Source: Lama guanicoe (taxonomy: Eukaryota). Taken from it: a stretch of DNA of 64,000 nucleotides. The notes below the pieces were generated by a model. It had not been told where the DNA came from, did not search any database, and was given only the letters and a program-made list of their open reading frames with translations. Each line of letters opens with the position of its first letter. Position 1 is the stretch's first letter. The translations under genes and the position numbers were made by a program. The stretch lies in the NCBI GenBank assembly GCA_013239625.1, contig MU053652.1, positions 7,121,902 through 7,185,901 of the forward strand, in the 5' to 3' direction. Below are positions 25,261 to 39,005 of this stretch, one piece after another.

Positions 25261-26385
25261 TTACTCCTGTTGTTGGTGGTGTCGGTGAGCAAGAATTTTG
25301 ATGTGGCCAAGACTGGTGATGCTTGAATTGAGTTTGTGGGTTTTCTATCTATGGGAAAGTCAGTACAGCTCAGTAACTTGGTAGGGGTATATTCCGAGGC
25401 GGCAGCTGAATTCACTACTCTGACTGCTGTGCCTGGTGTCATCAGATACAAAGGTGCCAAGATCCAGCTCCTGGATCTCCCTGGTATCATTGAGGGTGCC
25501 AGGGATCGGAAAGGTAGAGGCCGTGAAGTCATTGCAGTGGCCCAAATGTGTAACTTGATCCTGATTGTTCTGGATGTCCTGAAACCTTTGAGACAAAAGA
25601 CAGTATAAGGCTCTGGCATTCGCTGCAGCAGCAAACCCTCTAATATTGGCTTTAAGAAGAAGGATAAAGGAAGCATTAATCTCAAGGCCACTTAGCATCA
25701 GAGTGAGCTGGCTATTGAAACTGTGAAGTTTTCTGGCTGAGTACAAAATTCTTAATACTGATATGAGTCTGCGTCCCGATGCTACAGCGAATGACTTCAT
25801 TGAAGTGATGCAAGGAAACTGAGTTTATAGTTAGTTAAATAAGATTGACCAGCTCTCCACTGAAGAATTGTATATCATCTATAAGGTGCCTAACTGTACC
25901 CATCTCTGCCCATCGCTGCTGGAAGTTTGATGATTTATTGGGAAAGATCTGGGAGTATCTGAAACAAATGAGGATTTACACCAAACCCAAAAGCCATTTC
26001 ACAGATTACACATGGTAGTGGTGCCGCATTACCCCAGGACCATGGTGGAGATTTCTGCATGGAGATTCACAAAAATCTTATTAAAGATTTTAAATATGCT
26101 CTGGTCTGGGGTTTCTCTGTGTAACACAATCCTCAAAAAATCGTTAAAGGCCACATGTTGGAGAATGAGGGTGTCTTTCAGACACAGAAAACTTCCCCTT
26201 TCCCCATCCATCAGGCTGACCACAGCAGCTTTCCCCAGGACCAAGCATCCTACCCAGAATCTCTTCCAGATTTGGATCAGGATTCAGAGGAGGGAAATGG
26301 AGGCACCCAAACTGCAACTTTATTTATCTTCTCTTCATGTCACCTTGTGTATTGAGCTGCATAAAGAACCAGGTAGGAAAAAAAA
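25030..26385 (+). pseudogene. DRG1: processed pseudogene of developmentally regulated GTP-binding protein 1
   Basis: Intronless. ORF 25336-25608 carries [45 protein letters not shown], matching DRG1. Start mutated to ACG at 25135 (SSTLA follows); in-frame TGA at 25324; later deletions and frameshifts; C-terminal LENEGVFQ ~26160-26180; 3'UTR-like sequence then A-run 26378-26385. Confidence 0.97.
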
Positions 26386-26438
26386 TGACCACATTGAGTA
26401 AGATTTAACTAATATCTATTTGGGAATTTATAATTAAG

Positions 26439-26530
26439 GTGGTCATAGGATCATAAACATTTCTGAAATCTTGCTCAGGGCATGAGCATGCAAATCTGCA
26501 AGTATGTAAACAAGGACACCTTTACCTGAG
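26439..26530 (+). pseudogene. candidate FSIP2-like small exon
   Basis: 92 nt between AAG acceptor and GAG|GTGAGG donor; starts VV like the FSIP2 VVCTLRE segment, but similarity is otherwise weak. Confidence 0.3.
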
Positions 26531-26851
26531 GTGAGGCTAATGAATATTTAATAATTCTTGAGTGACGTAACCTTTCCATGACAGTGCTCTCTCTGATTTT
26601 AATGCTTGCATATAGGACGCATCAGTAATTACTTACTTAAACTTTTATCTTTCCTCATATAATGAATAGGAAATACAAACCTGAATATATTCTATTATTG
26701 AAGAAAATGACAAAATATTATAACTACCAAAGAAAAAAATTTTATGAAATTTCAATTAAGACTAACTTTGTTTTTTTTTAAATACCTGTGTTTATAGAAC
26801 TATGGTAAGATAAATACAAGCTTTATGGCAACCCGAATATTTCCTGTTCAG

Positions 26852-26930
26852 TTTGTGAATATGATCAATAGGAATTGCTACAAAACAGAAGAAAAAGCAA
26901 ATCCTTAAAATATTCAATTCTAGAATGTGT
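26852..26930 (+). pseudogene. candidate FSIP2-like exon remnant
   Basis: After TTCCTGTTCAG: FVNMINRNCYKTEEKA versus FSIP2 YLDMISRKLEQLERTA. Confidence 0.3.
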
Positions 26931-27639
26931 CCATGACCTTTTGTGCCTTGTGCCACATGATGAATTATTTATAGAACATTGATAACAGTGTGATATACAG
27001 TCTTATACTCAGTGGATCAAATCATTGAACTGGGAGATGGAAGACTGTAATTCTTAATTTGGCTCTGCCATTATCTGTGTGATGCTGGCCAATTTATTTA
27101 TTTATTCATTCACTCAACAAAATTTTAGGAAACTTCTCCCATGTGCTATGAACTCTACCAAGCAATGGGCTTTAGCAATTGACAAAATGTCCCCAACTTC
27201 ATAAAGCTTTCAGTCTAGTCATTTAACCTATATTCAAGTCATTTACTTTCTAGTCAAGATGTACTTTCTTTATAATCTCAAGCGTTCTCATTTATGAAAT
27301 AAAAGGATTGGGTGTTTATACTATCCTACCAAAGACTCCTGAGTCTACATCAATGAAACATATGCTCTCAGTCATGTTCTCTATAAGGATTGTAGGTTGC
27401 CTGGAGTTATGCTTACTATGTTGCAAAATTTTTACTTGACCGCTAGCTGCTGTTCCTTGATTCAACTGGCATTTTTGCTACCTGATATATCAAATACTAC
27501 CACAGTACTGAACAACGCAGGTGTCCATCCCATAATCATGACATCTTTAAGTTCCACTCCTAACTTAGAGCATTCCAACTACTATGAATGGACTGTGGGA
27601 GTGTGAGATGACAGCAATCCCCCCCACCCCAGCTTTAGA

Positions 27640-27785
27640 GTAGTCTGATAAGGGTCTGGTAGGCTAGAGCACCTGGTTTGTGGTCTTCTAAAGCAAGCAG
27701 CCTTATCTGTTGCCTTTATATATTGCATACATACATAATTTTCTAGGTATGCTGTGATGTGAAAGAAATTGGGGAGTACTGATCT
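27640..27785. mobile_element. hAT-Charlie MITE fragment
   Basis: End GCTGTGATGTGAAAGAAATTGGGGAGTACTGATCTA. Confidence 0.45.
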
Positions 27786-28264
27786 AACCAACCAAGTTAT
27801 AAAATCAAAAATGCAAATATTACAGTGTAGGTAAAGAAAAAAGTAAATTGTAAGAGCAGAAGAAAATTAGGAAATGGTCACTATCAAGGCTTTTAGAGCA
27901 CCAAAACTAATTTAATATTATTTGTATAAAATTGGAACCAACAGACTGTTTCAGAGAATATAAAACTGTACATGAATATGACATCAAAGCTAAAGTGAAG
28001 GAGTAAGCAGCATCTTTTGTCAAATTCTCAAGCTACAAATTAATCATTTCAGTTTATGAATCAGTATCCCCTTCACTGCTATTTAGTATATTTATAATCA
28101 TTGCCTAAAGGGGCTATAAATAGCCTCTATATTTGTAAAGTTGAATAATATATATTACCAAATATAAGTTCCACTGATTATGTCTACAGAACACTAAGGG
28201 ATAATTATTTTTAAAGTTTTCTTCTGACTTAAATATAAGTAAGTTAGATCTAAGCCCTGATTTA

Positions 28265-28950
28265 TGTAAGACGTCCTGTTGACTCTACCACCTCTCAGGT
28301 AGCTCAGATCTGTCCACCTCCCCATTCCCACAGCCACTGCCTTAAGTCTAGCTTTCATGTCTGTCATCCAGTCCACCTCCCCATTGTTTTCAGAATGCTT
28401 CTCTGTTCTCTGCAAGACGTTTTGAAGGATCCACTTTGTCTATAGAAGTGGCTTTCACCGAGGGAGGAATACACAAGCTACCGTAATCTCAAATTGTTTT
28501 AGAGGGGATTTATATGTTTTTCAAGTGGAGTTGCTTTAAAAATAAATAACACTGGTCAGCTGAGTAAAGTCAGAGTTCTTTGAAATGGCACATAGGTCTT
28601 TCTTGATACAGCCTCAGCATTTCTCTTTAGTCTCATCTCCTATTGTCCATATTTCAAACAATACTGGTGTTTTTAAATACGCCATTCTTTTGCCTGTAAT
28701 ATACTCTATCTCCAATCATCACATCACATCCTTCAATTATACTTCTCTGATCTTCATAAATAAAGGTAATCACTCCGTACTTCTTTCATGTTTTAATCTG
28801 CTGCTCTTAGCACAGAGATAAAAGTATGCTTATGTCCATCTTATCTATTAAATAGGATCTCTTTGAGAATAGACATTGTAGTTTGTATTTTATTCAACCA
28901 GCACACGGCCAAGCATATTAAGCACACAATAAATATTTATTAACGGAGAA
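28265..28950 (+). mobile_element. L2 fragments
   Basis: CCTGTTGACTCTACCACCTC...CCACAGCCACTGCCTTAAGTC and tail AGCACACAATAAATATTTATTAA. Confidence 0.6.
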
Positions 28951-29499
28951 TTTTTCCTACAAAATTTCTCATAATATTCTTTGAAGCTTTAGAAGTCAAA
29001 TTATAACTGAGGATCCTTGAAAGATAATATGTCAACCTTGAAAAAATATTTTCAACTCCTTTCAAAATTAATAACATACTAGTTTAGTGTGGTGAAGAAA
29101 AGATTTGAAGTTACAATGCCTATATGCAAAATTCCTTATTCATTTCAGCAATGGGCTATAAGCAGAGTGTGCTAGGTACTGAGATTAAAATATGAATAAG
29201 AAAGGGTCACTAGACCCTTAAGTTCCAAAATAAATCTGATTATCTATATTCATAAAGTTTACTCAGGCTTTTCTCAAATACTCGTGAAAATAAAGGGGAC
29301 ATATAATGGTTTGATATCATCAATTATTAAGATTAATAACAATCAATACTAGTTTCTGGAAGGAAATGAATGTGAACTGATAATTTTCAAGGTTTTAGTT
29401 AATGTTATACCTTGTCTTTGTTTCACAAAATAGACACATCCCACAGTATCATAGCATATGCCTTAGGATTCTAAGAAAAATTATTTTAGACCTAAATTC

Positions 29500-30700
29500 T
29501 ATACTGAGCTATAACAGGGAAGTCATCTCCAAAGGGAGTTCCTGACAACACTAGCTTATATCAGCATTTTAAAAAGAAAACAGTGTAATGAGATCTTCTC
29601 GTTCCCAGTATTTTCCAGGAAAAACAAGTGCCAGTATTTCTTCTGAATGCACTAATATGGGTCATAGGCCAGTTTCTGAATCAATCACTGTGGCCAAGAG
29701 AATTAAATGAGTTAATTGGCCAGACTTAGGTTATATCTGTGTGCCTGGAGAGAGCAGTAAGGGCAAGAGGTCATGCACACCAAAACTAGGCAGACTTGAG
29801 AATGGGCTTTTCCAAATATAATCAAGTCACTGGTATAAAAAGAAAGAGAAAAAGATGGTGAAACTCAAAACAACACAAGTCCAACACAGAGTAAGAAGAG
29901 AGAAAATCTCCAAATCAGTCTTAGTCTATGCTCTCTCTTCAGCATTATTCTTCACTAAGAATATAAAAACATTTCAGTACCTGGCATAGTAGATAGGGAA
30001 AATCATGTCTTACTATAATTATAAAAACAAATTTGACCTCACAGATTTCATGGAAAGGCCTTAGAAACTCCCAACGATCCATGAACCACATTTTGAGAGC
30101 CAGTGCTATGGATAATGCTTCTCGAATTTTGCTGTCTATACTAATCACCTGGGGATTCTGATAAAATGTAGATTGTGATTTAGTTGGTCTGCATAGGGCC
30201 TGAGATTCTTCATTTTTAACATCTTCCAGGTAGTACTAATGCTGCTGGTCCGTGGATCACTCTTTTGAGCAGCAAAACTTAATACACTATGGACATAATC
30301 AATTTACATGAATGGAAATCCAGAGGCAGAGAATTCATGATTGGTTTACCTGTTGTTGTTTTCCTCTCTGTCTCTTTCTCTACACTGCCATCCACAATGT
30401 TAGTTTTGTTCTAAGAATGATTTCACCCTTAATCATGGGATGTCTTATAAGAAGCATTTGAGCTTTACACTTCCTCATTTGCGTCCAACTGGTGAGAGGA
30501 GCACTTCCCACCTTCAGTGAACCAAAGGCTTGAGCTCTTGTTCCCAGACTCCTTGAAGCAGTTACTGCAGCCAGAAAAATGCCGTGTGTGATTGGTTCAG
30601 GGCTGGGATACATGAGTCATTCACTGTGTCAGCAGCAATAGATTTAGCCTGATGAAGTGAAAAGTGAAATGGTGAGGTGTCATGTTGAGCCAACAAATCC
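29500..30700. mobile_element. old MLT1-type LTR pieces flanking hAT-Charlie MITEs (MER5-like at ~30110-30280)
   Basis: TGAATCAATCACTGTGGCCAAG; ATCACCTGGGGATTCTGATAAAATGTAGATT...GCTGCTGGTCCGTGGATCAC; GATTGGTTCAGGGCTGGGATACATG. Confidence 0.65.
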
Positions 30701-31427
30701 TACTTTAATTTAGCATAAAAAATAAAGGGATGAGTTGTATGAAATAATATTAGGGAATATGAAAAATCAATATGGAAATTGCAACACCAAAAAGGAAGGA
30801 ATAGGAAGAAGGAGGAAATAAGTGTTAATGAAATAGATAATAAATAATTCCTATTAATAGTTAAAGAGCTGGAAAATGAAGGAGCAATGATTAAAATAAT
30901 AGAAGTTTCTTCTACATGTAAGAAAAATGGGGTATAAAAATGCTACCATCAATCAAAAAGTTAAGAAAAGAGGGGAAATCACAGAAACTAAAAAATTAAA
31001 GAGATGAGTGACATTTACCTGTTTTAAACAAAAACTTTCACATTACATTAACGTATTTTGCATGATAGGAATTTTGAAAATAAAGTAACAGAAAGAAAAC
31101 ATAAAAAGAGTAAAATGAAAATGTATGGCCAGTGTCACTGTCATTAACATATGTACGTAAACACATAGTTATAAACATATATATATGCAAGTAGATACAG
31201 TCATAAAAATATATATGTGTAAAATGTTTCAGAACTGCAACAAACACAGAACAATGAGTGAGTTGAAGTTGCAGGGATGATGGTCATGCAAGCTGAAGCA
31301 GAAGGTGAGAGTAGGAAACATGATTCCTGTGGGAAAATAAAAATGTTCCACAATATCTGGTAGATAGAGCTAACAGAAAGGAAGATGAGGGGAAAGCCTG
31401 TTGGAATTTGAGTCTAGAGCTTTAAAA

Positions 31428-31612
31428 GAGGGTCACAAATGTTTTTACAAGGGGTCAAATAGTAGATATCTTAGGCTTTGTGGGTCTCTACCACATATTC
31501 TTCTTTCTTCTATTTTTGAACAACTCTTTAAAAATGTAAAAATTATTCTTAGCTCAAAGGCCATACAAAACATCCTGCAGTTAGCCTGCCAGCAGTCATT
31601 TCTGACCCTGCT
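31428..31612. mobile_element. MER58-type hAT-Charlie MITE
   Basis: GGTCAAATAGTAGATATCTTAGGCTTTGTGGG...TTTAAAAATGTAAAAATTATTCTTAGCTC...TGACCCTG. Confidence 0.85.
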
Positions 31613-31719
31613 TTGTGAGAAGCTGTCAGCCTAGAAGAGGTAAGAGGATGGAGATGCAGCCATGTGACCAGATATAAAGCCAAGCTGCCCCTGTCCTGGA
31701 GGATGAATATGCAGTGACC

Positions 31720-32190
31720 CCAATATCTCTGTCACATCACTTCTAGTTTCCCACTGAATACCACCCTCACCTTCTTTCTTACTGAGACATCCCCAGTTTT
31801 CCTCGGCTAAAAATATGTCCAATTAAAGTTACCTGCCTTCTCAGACTCCTTGAAGGTAAAGTCGTCATGTACTTATAACTGGCCAAGAAGATAAACAGAA
31901 AGTACTTAGTTGAATTTCTGGCTATTTTTATGCAGGTGTAAGTGTAACTGACATGCTTTACTGACCTTTGCTCTTTTCACTTACCTTTCATCCCCAGTAT
32001 CAAAAATGCATGGAGGTACAAAAGCTGTCTTGAGTCTTTGAGGATGAAAATAACATGGTAACAATGGGGAAACTGAGGGCTAGAAGAAGGTTGAACATCT
32101 ATGATTTCATGGATAGCCTGCATCCAGAATTTCTCTTCTGTGAGAAAAAAAATGATCTTTATTTGATGAAATCATTGCAGTTGGCATGAT
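31720..32190. mobile_element. ERVL LTR (LTR33/LTR16-like)
   Basis: CCTTCTCAGACTCCTTGAAGGTAAAG...ACTGGCCAAGAAGATAAACAGAAAGT. Confidence 0.55.
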
Positions 32191-32499
32191 CCATTGACCT
32201 TTTCTCTTTCCACTGATTCTGTTACAAAAGCCAAAAGTAATAAAGTTATTATGCATCATTTCAGTGTAGTGGGATGGGTTGAAACATTATTATGAGACAT
32301 TAGTAGGCTCTGGTCTGAAGCAAAGATCTAGGTAAAAGTAATGACAGTTTTCTGAATCCTCTAAAAGGAAAAGTTCAATAAAAAGAGAGGAAAGGGCAAG
32401 GAATGAGAGGGACATATAGGTAGGGAAAGGGAAGAAAGGAGAAAAAAGGCTTAAAATGCAATCAATTAGGTCAGCATACAGAACTTAGAACATTCATGA

Positions 32500-35400
32500 A
32501 GAAAGCCAGCCATCAGGATGAAAATCAGAACATGAATTTACTATATATTTTATTAGAAAAATTGGATCATAGCTATAAAAATAAGTGTTTACCTATTCAT
32601 AGGCATAAGTGAAGTCATAATATCCATTAAATGCAAATACAACTTTTGATGTAAAAATAGCAGAAATGACACAAAATAAGTTAAAAAATGACACATATAG
32701 TATGATGACATAAAAATTGTGAAAGCACACAAGGTGATATGTTCATTGTGAATAAATACATGCAAAGTAATGGTATGAATTATGCATAGGACTGATAAAT
32801 AACAAATTCAAGTGAGTTGTTATTTCTGGGAGAAGGGGAGGAAGGAAAATGTGATTGACAAATGGTCGGCAGGTTTCAATAGTATGTTATGCATTATTTC
32901 ATTAAAAATTTTTAAATCAAGAATGAAGAATATTTAAAATTGGTAGAACTGGCTCAGGCATTCCTGAAAATAAATTTAGTTTTTTGTATATTTAAAATAT
33001 ATAATAAGTTACTACATTTTAATAAATGTACCACTCTGCTGGGGTATGTTGGTAATAGAGGAAGCTACGCATGTGTGGGGACAAGGTGTAAATGGGAAAT
33101 CTCTGTACCTTCCTCTCAATTTTACTGTGTACCTAAAACTGCTCTAAAACAAAGTCTTTAAATACATATAATATTTTAAGATAAAGGATATTCCAGGTTA
33201 AAAAAATAAAGGCAATGTCTATATCACTTTTTCACAATATTTACATCATAGAAAAGTAGAATTAAAAGTAAAACACATTAAAAGAAATAAAATGCATTTC
33301 ATGCTGATATAGGGATAAACACCCCAAAAGAATATAACAACCACAAATGTGGGTATAGTTAACAACCTAGCTTCAAAAATATATGGAAAAAAATTACTCC
33401 AGATAGAAATCGAAAACCCCACAATCACAGTGGAACAATTTAACACACCGTTCAGATATAAACAAACCAAGTAAACAAAACTAAATGAGGATACAGATTT
33501 CTCGAGTAATATAAATAGCAAAATTTGTTATAAATATGTAGAAATCTGTAAGCAAAAGCAGGATTAACATATATATAGAACATTTATAAGCACTGACCGT
33601 GTGTTAGTCTTAAAAATCACCACATGAAACAACCCAAACGGCTAATGAATGTAAAAATATATTTGATTTCTGTAGTAATTTATAAATCTCAGAAATGCAT
33701 ATTAAAATAACAAAGATATTGTCAAGCACTGGAAAGATTATGAAGAAATGAGTACTTTCACTCACTGGTGGTACGAGTGGTAAAAATGCAACTTTGCAAT
33801 GCATATTAATAGTGTCTATTATAACTAAAATGTAAATATATCATGATGATTCAATGAAACTATTAGGTATTTATATTAGCAAAACATTTTTGCATTCACA
33901 TAATGTATTTATTGTAGCATAGGGGGAAAAAGCAATTTTACTAAAATTTTCACTGATAGAGAAATGGTAAATAAAATGCGATATACACAACAGTTTAAAA
34001 AATGGGTTAGATTTAACAGAGCATGGACTTAACCCAGGATATATTGTGTGAGAAGAGCATAACCAAAATATAAAATATAAATCCCTATGGTAAACATGCA
34101 CCAAGTAAATGATTCTATACATTTTCTCTAGTGTGTCACAGCAGATGCATTCATAACACACGTTACATCTGGGAAGGAAGTAGATGACCCAAGTAGGTTA
34201 TAACATTTCCATTTTTCTCATTTTTAAGAGTATATTCATGTCATAACCCTATTGTTAGATCCATTTTGTACCAATCTCTAAGAAATATTCTTGCCTGAAT
34301 AGTTGACCCTGAATCTAATGAAGACTTTAGAGCCAACTGTTAATTACAGGATATATGAGAAAAAGAAGAAGTTAAATGAACCACAAAGAAGCAAACAAAT
34401 ATCCAGAATCCAGTTGGTAAAAGCACTTGATTCAGTTTTTACAAGTCATTGGTATAAAGGGAGAAAAAGAGTGAAGGGAATTGAAGGGAGTAGAGGAATG
34501 GGAAGACCTGATCCAGATTTTTCAAAAGTCTTAAGAAGAAACACTAATTTGACATATTAATGTTAATTGAAACAAATCAACAGTAAAATCATTTTAGTGA
34601 GTCATAGATGGATAGTATCAACAATACAAAAGGGATAGATAAGGCATAAGTGATAAAATCTTGATGATTGTTTAATTTGGGTGGTGGCTATAGAAGATTT
34701 GGTTTGCTATTTTCAATACACTTTTGTATTGAATTTTAAATAAGATACATTTTAATATAACAGTTTCCTAAAGTATCAATGAATGTAAAAATATTAAAAA
34801 AAATAGTCTAGGTTTTTAACAATAGTAAATATCTGGGAATAACTGCAAAACCTATGTAATAAAAATTTTAAAATTTTACTGAATATCTAAAACAAAACTT
34901 GAATAAAGCATACCATGTTCCTAGCTACAAAAGTAGGGTATTCTAAAAATATTGATTCTTTCCACAATAATGCCATTCCTATAAATATCCCAAAGGACTC
35001 TTTATCAAACTTGACAAAAATGATAGTATTTTTTTCTGAAAGAATAATGTAATGGAATAATATAATAAAGTAATATAAATGGAAGAAAATAAAGATAATT
35101 TTGAAAACCACACCAAATGATGATAATCTTAAACCTTCAGATATTATAAAATTATAATAAACCATGAACAGCATACATATAGAGAAACATTAAGGGAACA
35201 GATGGAAAGTACAGAAAGAGATTTCCTTAGCATTTTTCAAAAGTGGCATTTCTAATTCTTAGTATAAGATTGGGTGACTAAACAACCTTTTGTAACAACT
35301 GGTCAAATTATTAGAAAACAGTTAAATTAAATCCCTTTCATACCCTATTTGGAGAAACAAATTCCAAAGATTTTCCAGTAAACTAAAAATGCCCCCAAAT

Positions 35401-35850
35401 CTAGACATTTTAAACAGAGAAAATTTAATACAGAGAATGGTTTTTTCTATGCTGGAGTAATTGAAAAGCCATAAAAGTGATGCAAAATGTAGCAACAGCA
35501 GGGAGCTATTATTACTCCCTTGTGATTGAGGGACATAGGGTAGTAACAGTATTACCAGTGCCCAGGGTCAAAGATAAAGGAGGAAATACCCACAAAAGAT
35601 TGTTGTGTTAACTAAAATCACGATTTAAAACTTTAATATGGCAAAAATTATAGAAATAATTTAAAGCTAATAAAATGGGGAGAAACATGTAGCACAAAAT
35701 ATCTTTAAAGATAATTTTTAAAAAAAGAAATAATATTTTTAACGTTCAACTTTATGTACTAGAAATAAAGTAATGCAAATTAAACCAAAAGAAGCTTGTA
35801 GTAGCTCAATAAATACTAAGCTGATCTAAAATCAGCAAGCAAAAAAAAAA
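32500..35850 (+). mobile_element. cluster of old L1M fragments including an L1MB/MC 3' end at 33020-33160
   Basis: AAATGTACCACTCTGCTGGGG...GGAAATCTCTGTACCTTCCTCTCAATTTTACTGTGTACCTAAAACTGCTCTAAAA; ORF2-like A-rich pieces at 33.2-34.1 and 34.8-35.8 kb. Confidence 0.75.
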
Positions 35851-36699
35851 ATGTAGACCATTCTATTAGCTATTTTTGCAATAGTAAATGTACTTTTAGT
35901 TGTAAGGTTATAAATACATGTACTCCTAGCAGAATATTGAAAGGAGAAAACTCTAAGCCCACTTTGTAAATATAACATTTGTGGAAACATTTATGAAAAT
36001 AGCAGCTAATGTATAAAGGAGTAGTTGTAGTATAAGTGTATGAATAGACTGAGGGAAGCTCTGTACTAAGAAAACCTCAAATCAAATTGTAATTCTAAGG
36101 ATTGGGATAAAATTTTTTTGCAGGATTTTCAGCTTTGTTGAAATTCTTGCCACACAAAAGTGCTAAATCTATGTCGTGAAAGGCAAAATATGTTTTTATG
36201 TTGTTTAAAATACTCTACCAATCAGAGTTCTTGGTTGTAAACAAGAGTCGAGATCAAGGCAACCTAAAAAGAAAAGAAATTTTAACAGCACTTAGAGAGA
36301 GAGAGCCCAGAGAATCAGTTGGTATGCAGATAAGCAAGCTTGGAAAATAGGTGAAGTCATGAGAGATCAAGGAGCACTGCAATTGGTGGCTTGCTGGAAG
36401 CTAAAGAATGAATAAAAGTTTGTTTTCCACCTAATTTGGAATCCTCACAAATTGAAAATGTGTTTGAATGTTAGGTAGCCAAATGTGAAAAATACTCAAA
36501 TGAAGTTCACACCTTTGACTTCCTAATGTACCCAGTATACATACATGCTTTCCTAGCCAGGGTCACATCAGTTTCTACATCTGGTTCTAAATTCAGTTTT
36601 TCCAGGTGATACTTATGCTTCTTGAGTACTTGCAAGATAGTGATTAGGATGCTTTCAAGATAGTGATCATATCTTCATCCTCAAGATCTAAACCATTAG

Positions 36700-38400
36700 T
36701 GATTTTGCTTTAGAAGGTTGCAGTAGTCTTTCCTTAATTCCTATCATTGGTCATTGAGAGTTCCATGTGTCTGCCCCAGGGAATAAGTTGAGTTTTATCC
36801 ATACTTCTCCCTGTTTCTACTGTGTATCAATATCTTATTTTCTTACAGTAGTGTAGGTGAACACTTCAGCACGTAGTAACATTCTTTTTTTTTCCTGTAT
36901 GTACAATGGTATCGAAAGTCTGTTTAATCCAAAATACGTAAATATTCTGGTGAGGGATGACAGAAGCTGCCCAATGTAATTAACCTGCCATTAGGTAGCT
37001 GGTTGAACCACTAAAATAAGGGGCTTTTTAAGAGCCCATACAATGTCTTGATCTGCCATAAACTATTTGAGCACCATTGAATCTACTGGGTCATACGGGC
37101 TAAGAAGTAGAGCTGCTTACATAGTATACCTCTCTTGGGACCTTTCAGATCACCTGTTAGATAATATAGATGAGCACACACACACATATGGTAACCTAGA
37201 AGCCCTGTTAACCCATCTCCACTTTACTTTTACCTACTTGATCTTATATACACACACACTTTGGTGCTCACTAATTGTGTTGTTAGCTGCTTGCCAAAAT
37301 TCCATTGTGTTTATTCTGCTACCTGTTTGTGTATGTTGTACTTCCATCTAAAATTGCTAAAGTTAATCACCTATTGTGTAAACTAGTGAAATATGAATGT
37401 GAAAAGAAAGTTGATTCTTTAAAAGCTAAGCTGAATGCATGGAAAGACTCAGTAAAATTAAATTCTATAAAATTATGATCAAGTAGATGTGAGACAACAG
37501 TAAAAAAAAAAGTAGGGGAAATCTATATGTCTATAAAGTTCTGGGCACTTAAATTTGTTTGCAGGTGTTCTGAAGTTCTCAGCCAGTTTAAAAAGTTTAA
37601 CTTGAATGTGATTATTAAAAAAAGAATACAGCAGTAATTTAAGCAAAGGAAAGAAGCTTTCTTTACAGAAAGGAAGCTTTTGTCCAACATCAAAATATTG
37701 ATAAATGTACATTTTAATATTTACTTACTGAATTTTTGCCTTTTTGAATTACAAAAAGCAATATTCTGGTCATCAAAATAACAAATGGTCTTTTGGGCAT
37801 TGTGCCTCTCAAAGTAAGTGATACATGATGAAGCAACTTGCCCTTTGGAGAGGACATCCACCCTGTTACTGGTGGATGATGGTCCTCCAGAAGCTACACT
37901 GTGCTTGGAGAAACATTTTCATGGGATTTATTTCCTAACATTTGTTATATACTTGTCCTACATGGGCATCAAAGGCACAAACAACATCTTGCTTTCCAGG
38001 TCTTGTCAGTAGGCTATCAGTGGGCCAAAGTGATAACCTGTAGGGCAATGAAATAATCAAGGTTCCTACAGACTGTGGCTCTATTTGGCATAAATCCTTG
38101 AGATAAGATTGTGAATTTCTATTATTGTCCCCACTTAGAGTAATCAAACTTCTGGAGTTTTTAGCTACATTGGGCAAGATAAAACATCATTTCCAAGGTT
38201 AATATCTGCTTACCATTTCCCAGAGGTGGTAATAATTTATTCAGCAAGGATTTGAATAAGCAGTTTGACAGTTTGATAAGCAAACTACATTTACACTTAT
38301 CTATTAATATTATCCAAAATGTACTCATCTTCTGCACTTGCCAAGGCAGATGGTGAAATAAGTATATGATAAGAATCACCAACACTGCAACTTTCAGTTA
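36700..38400 (-). mobile_element. possible ERVL/MaLR internal fragments, interrupted by the Tigger fragment
   Basis: Composition and adjacency to LTR-like pieces; no firm motif. Confidence 0.3.
37340..37760 (+). mobile_element. Tigger (TcMar) transposase 5' fragment
   Basis: VKRKLIL / KAKLNAWKD...VRQQ-type decayed N-terminal HTH region (KRK...KLNA...ETTV pattern across frames). Confidence 0.45.
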
Positions 38401-38519
38401 TTGATACTACTTCTGATATATTTTTTTGCAAAGAAGGAAAGCTCTAGGATCTTCCTTGCTCCACACTGTTCCCTTCTCTTGAAGTCAGGGAACCAATGTG
38501 AGGAATTTGTCAGTTGCTG

Positions 38520-39005
38520 AATGTGTCTGATATTGCTCCTCCAGATTCACTTTCCATCCTTTCCCATGCTGATCTCTGTTCTGGAAGGCTGGCCTGTATG
38601 AATTACATCATAGATTTCTGAGTCCTCTGATGTATGATTGCTTTTAGCCAATAAGGATTCTTTGTAGGGGACTGAAGCCAGTGTATTTCTTTTCCTGGTT
38701 CCCTCTCAGGGAGTTCAAGTCATGCTAGCTACATCCCTTGACAGGAAGTTGCCATTCTCAAGACAGCCATGTTGGAACTCCTATCTTACCTTCAGTTTCT
38801 GACGACCTTTCCCTCCCCTTATCCCTTCGGGCCTAGAGATGGTAATAACTACACTGTTGCTAGCCCTAGTTTCCCTCACTATCCTTTGCGGCCCCTTTCC
38901 ATCCTTCCTATGCCTTTGAAATTAGCCCCTTTGTTTGAAAAACAGATAAATTAAAATATCTAGAGGTATCCTAACTTGACTGTGTTACTTGTCCTTGGGA
39001 CTCAA
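38520..39005. mobile_element. LTR16-type (ERVL) LTR
   Basis: CTCCTCCAGATTCACTTTCCATCC...GGAAGGCTGGCCTGTATGAATTACATCA...CCCTTCGGGCCTAGAGATGGTAA. Confidence 0.75.

Noticed and set aside
25336..25608. Functional DRG1 gene or retrogene
   Set aside because: Start codon lost, upstream in-frame stop, altered P-loop (GFLSMGKS) and downstream frameshifts.
25215..25800. Long minus-strand ORFs (158 and 146 aa) as novel genes
   Set aside because: They are antisense shadows of the DRG1 coding sequence.
26670..26804. Additional FSIP2-like small exon (IYSIIEENDKI)
   Set aside because: It would leave only a 47-nt intron before the next candidate, and similarity is weak.
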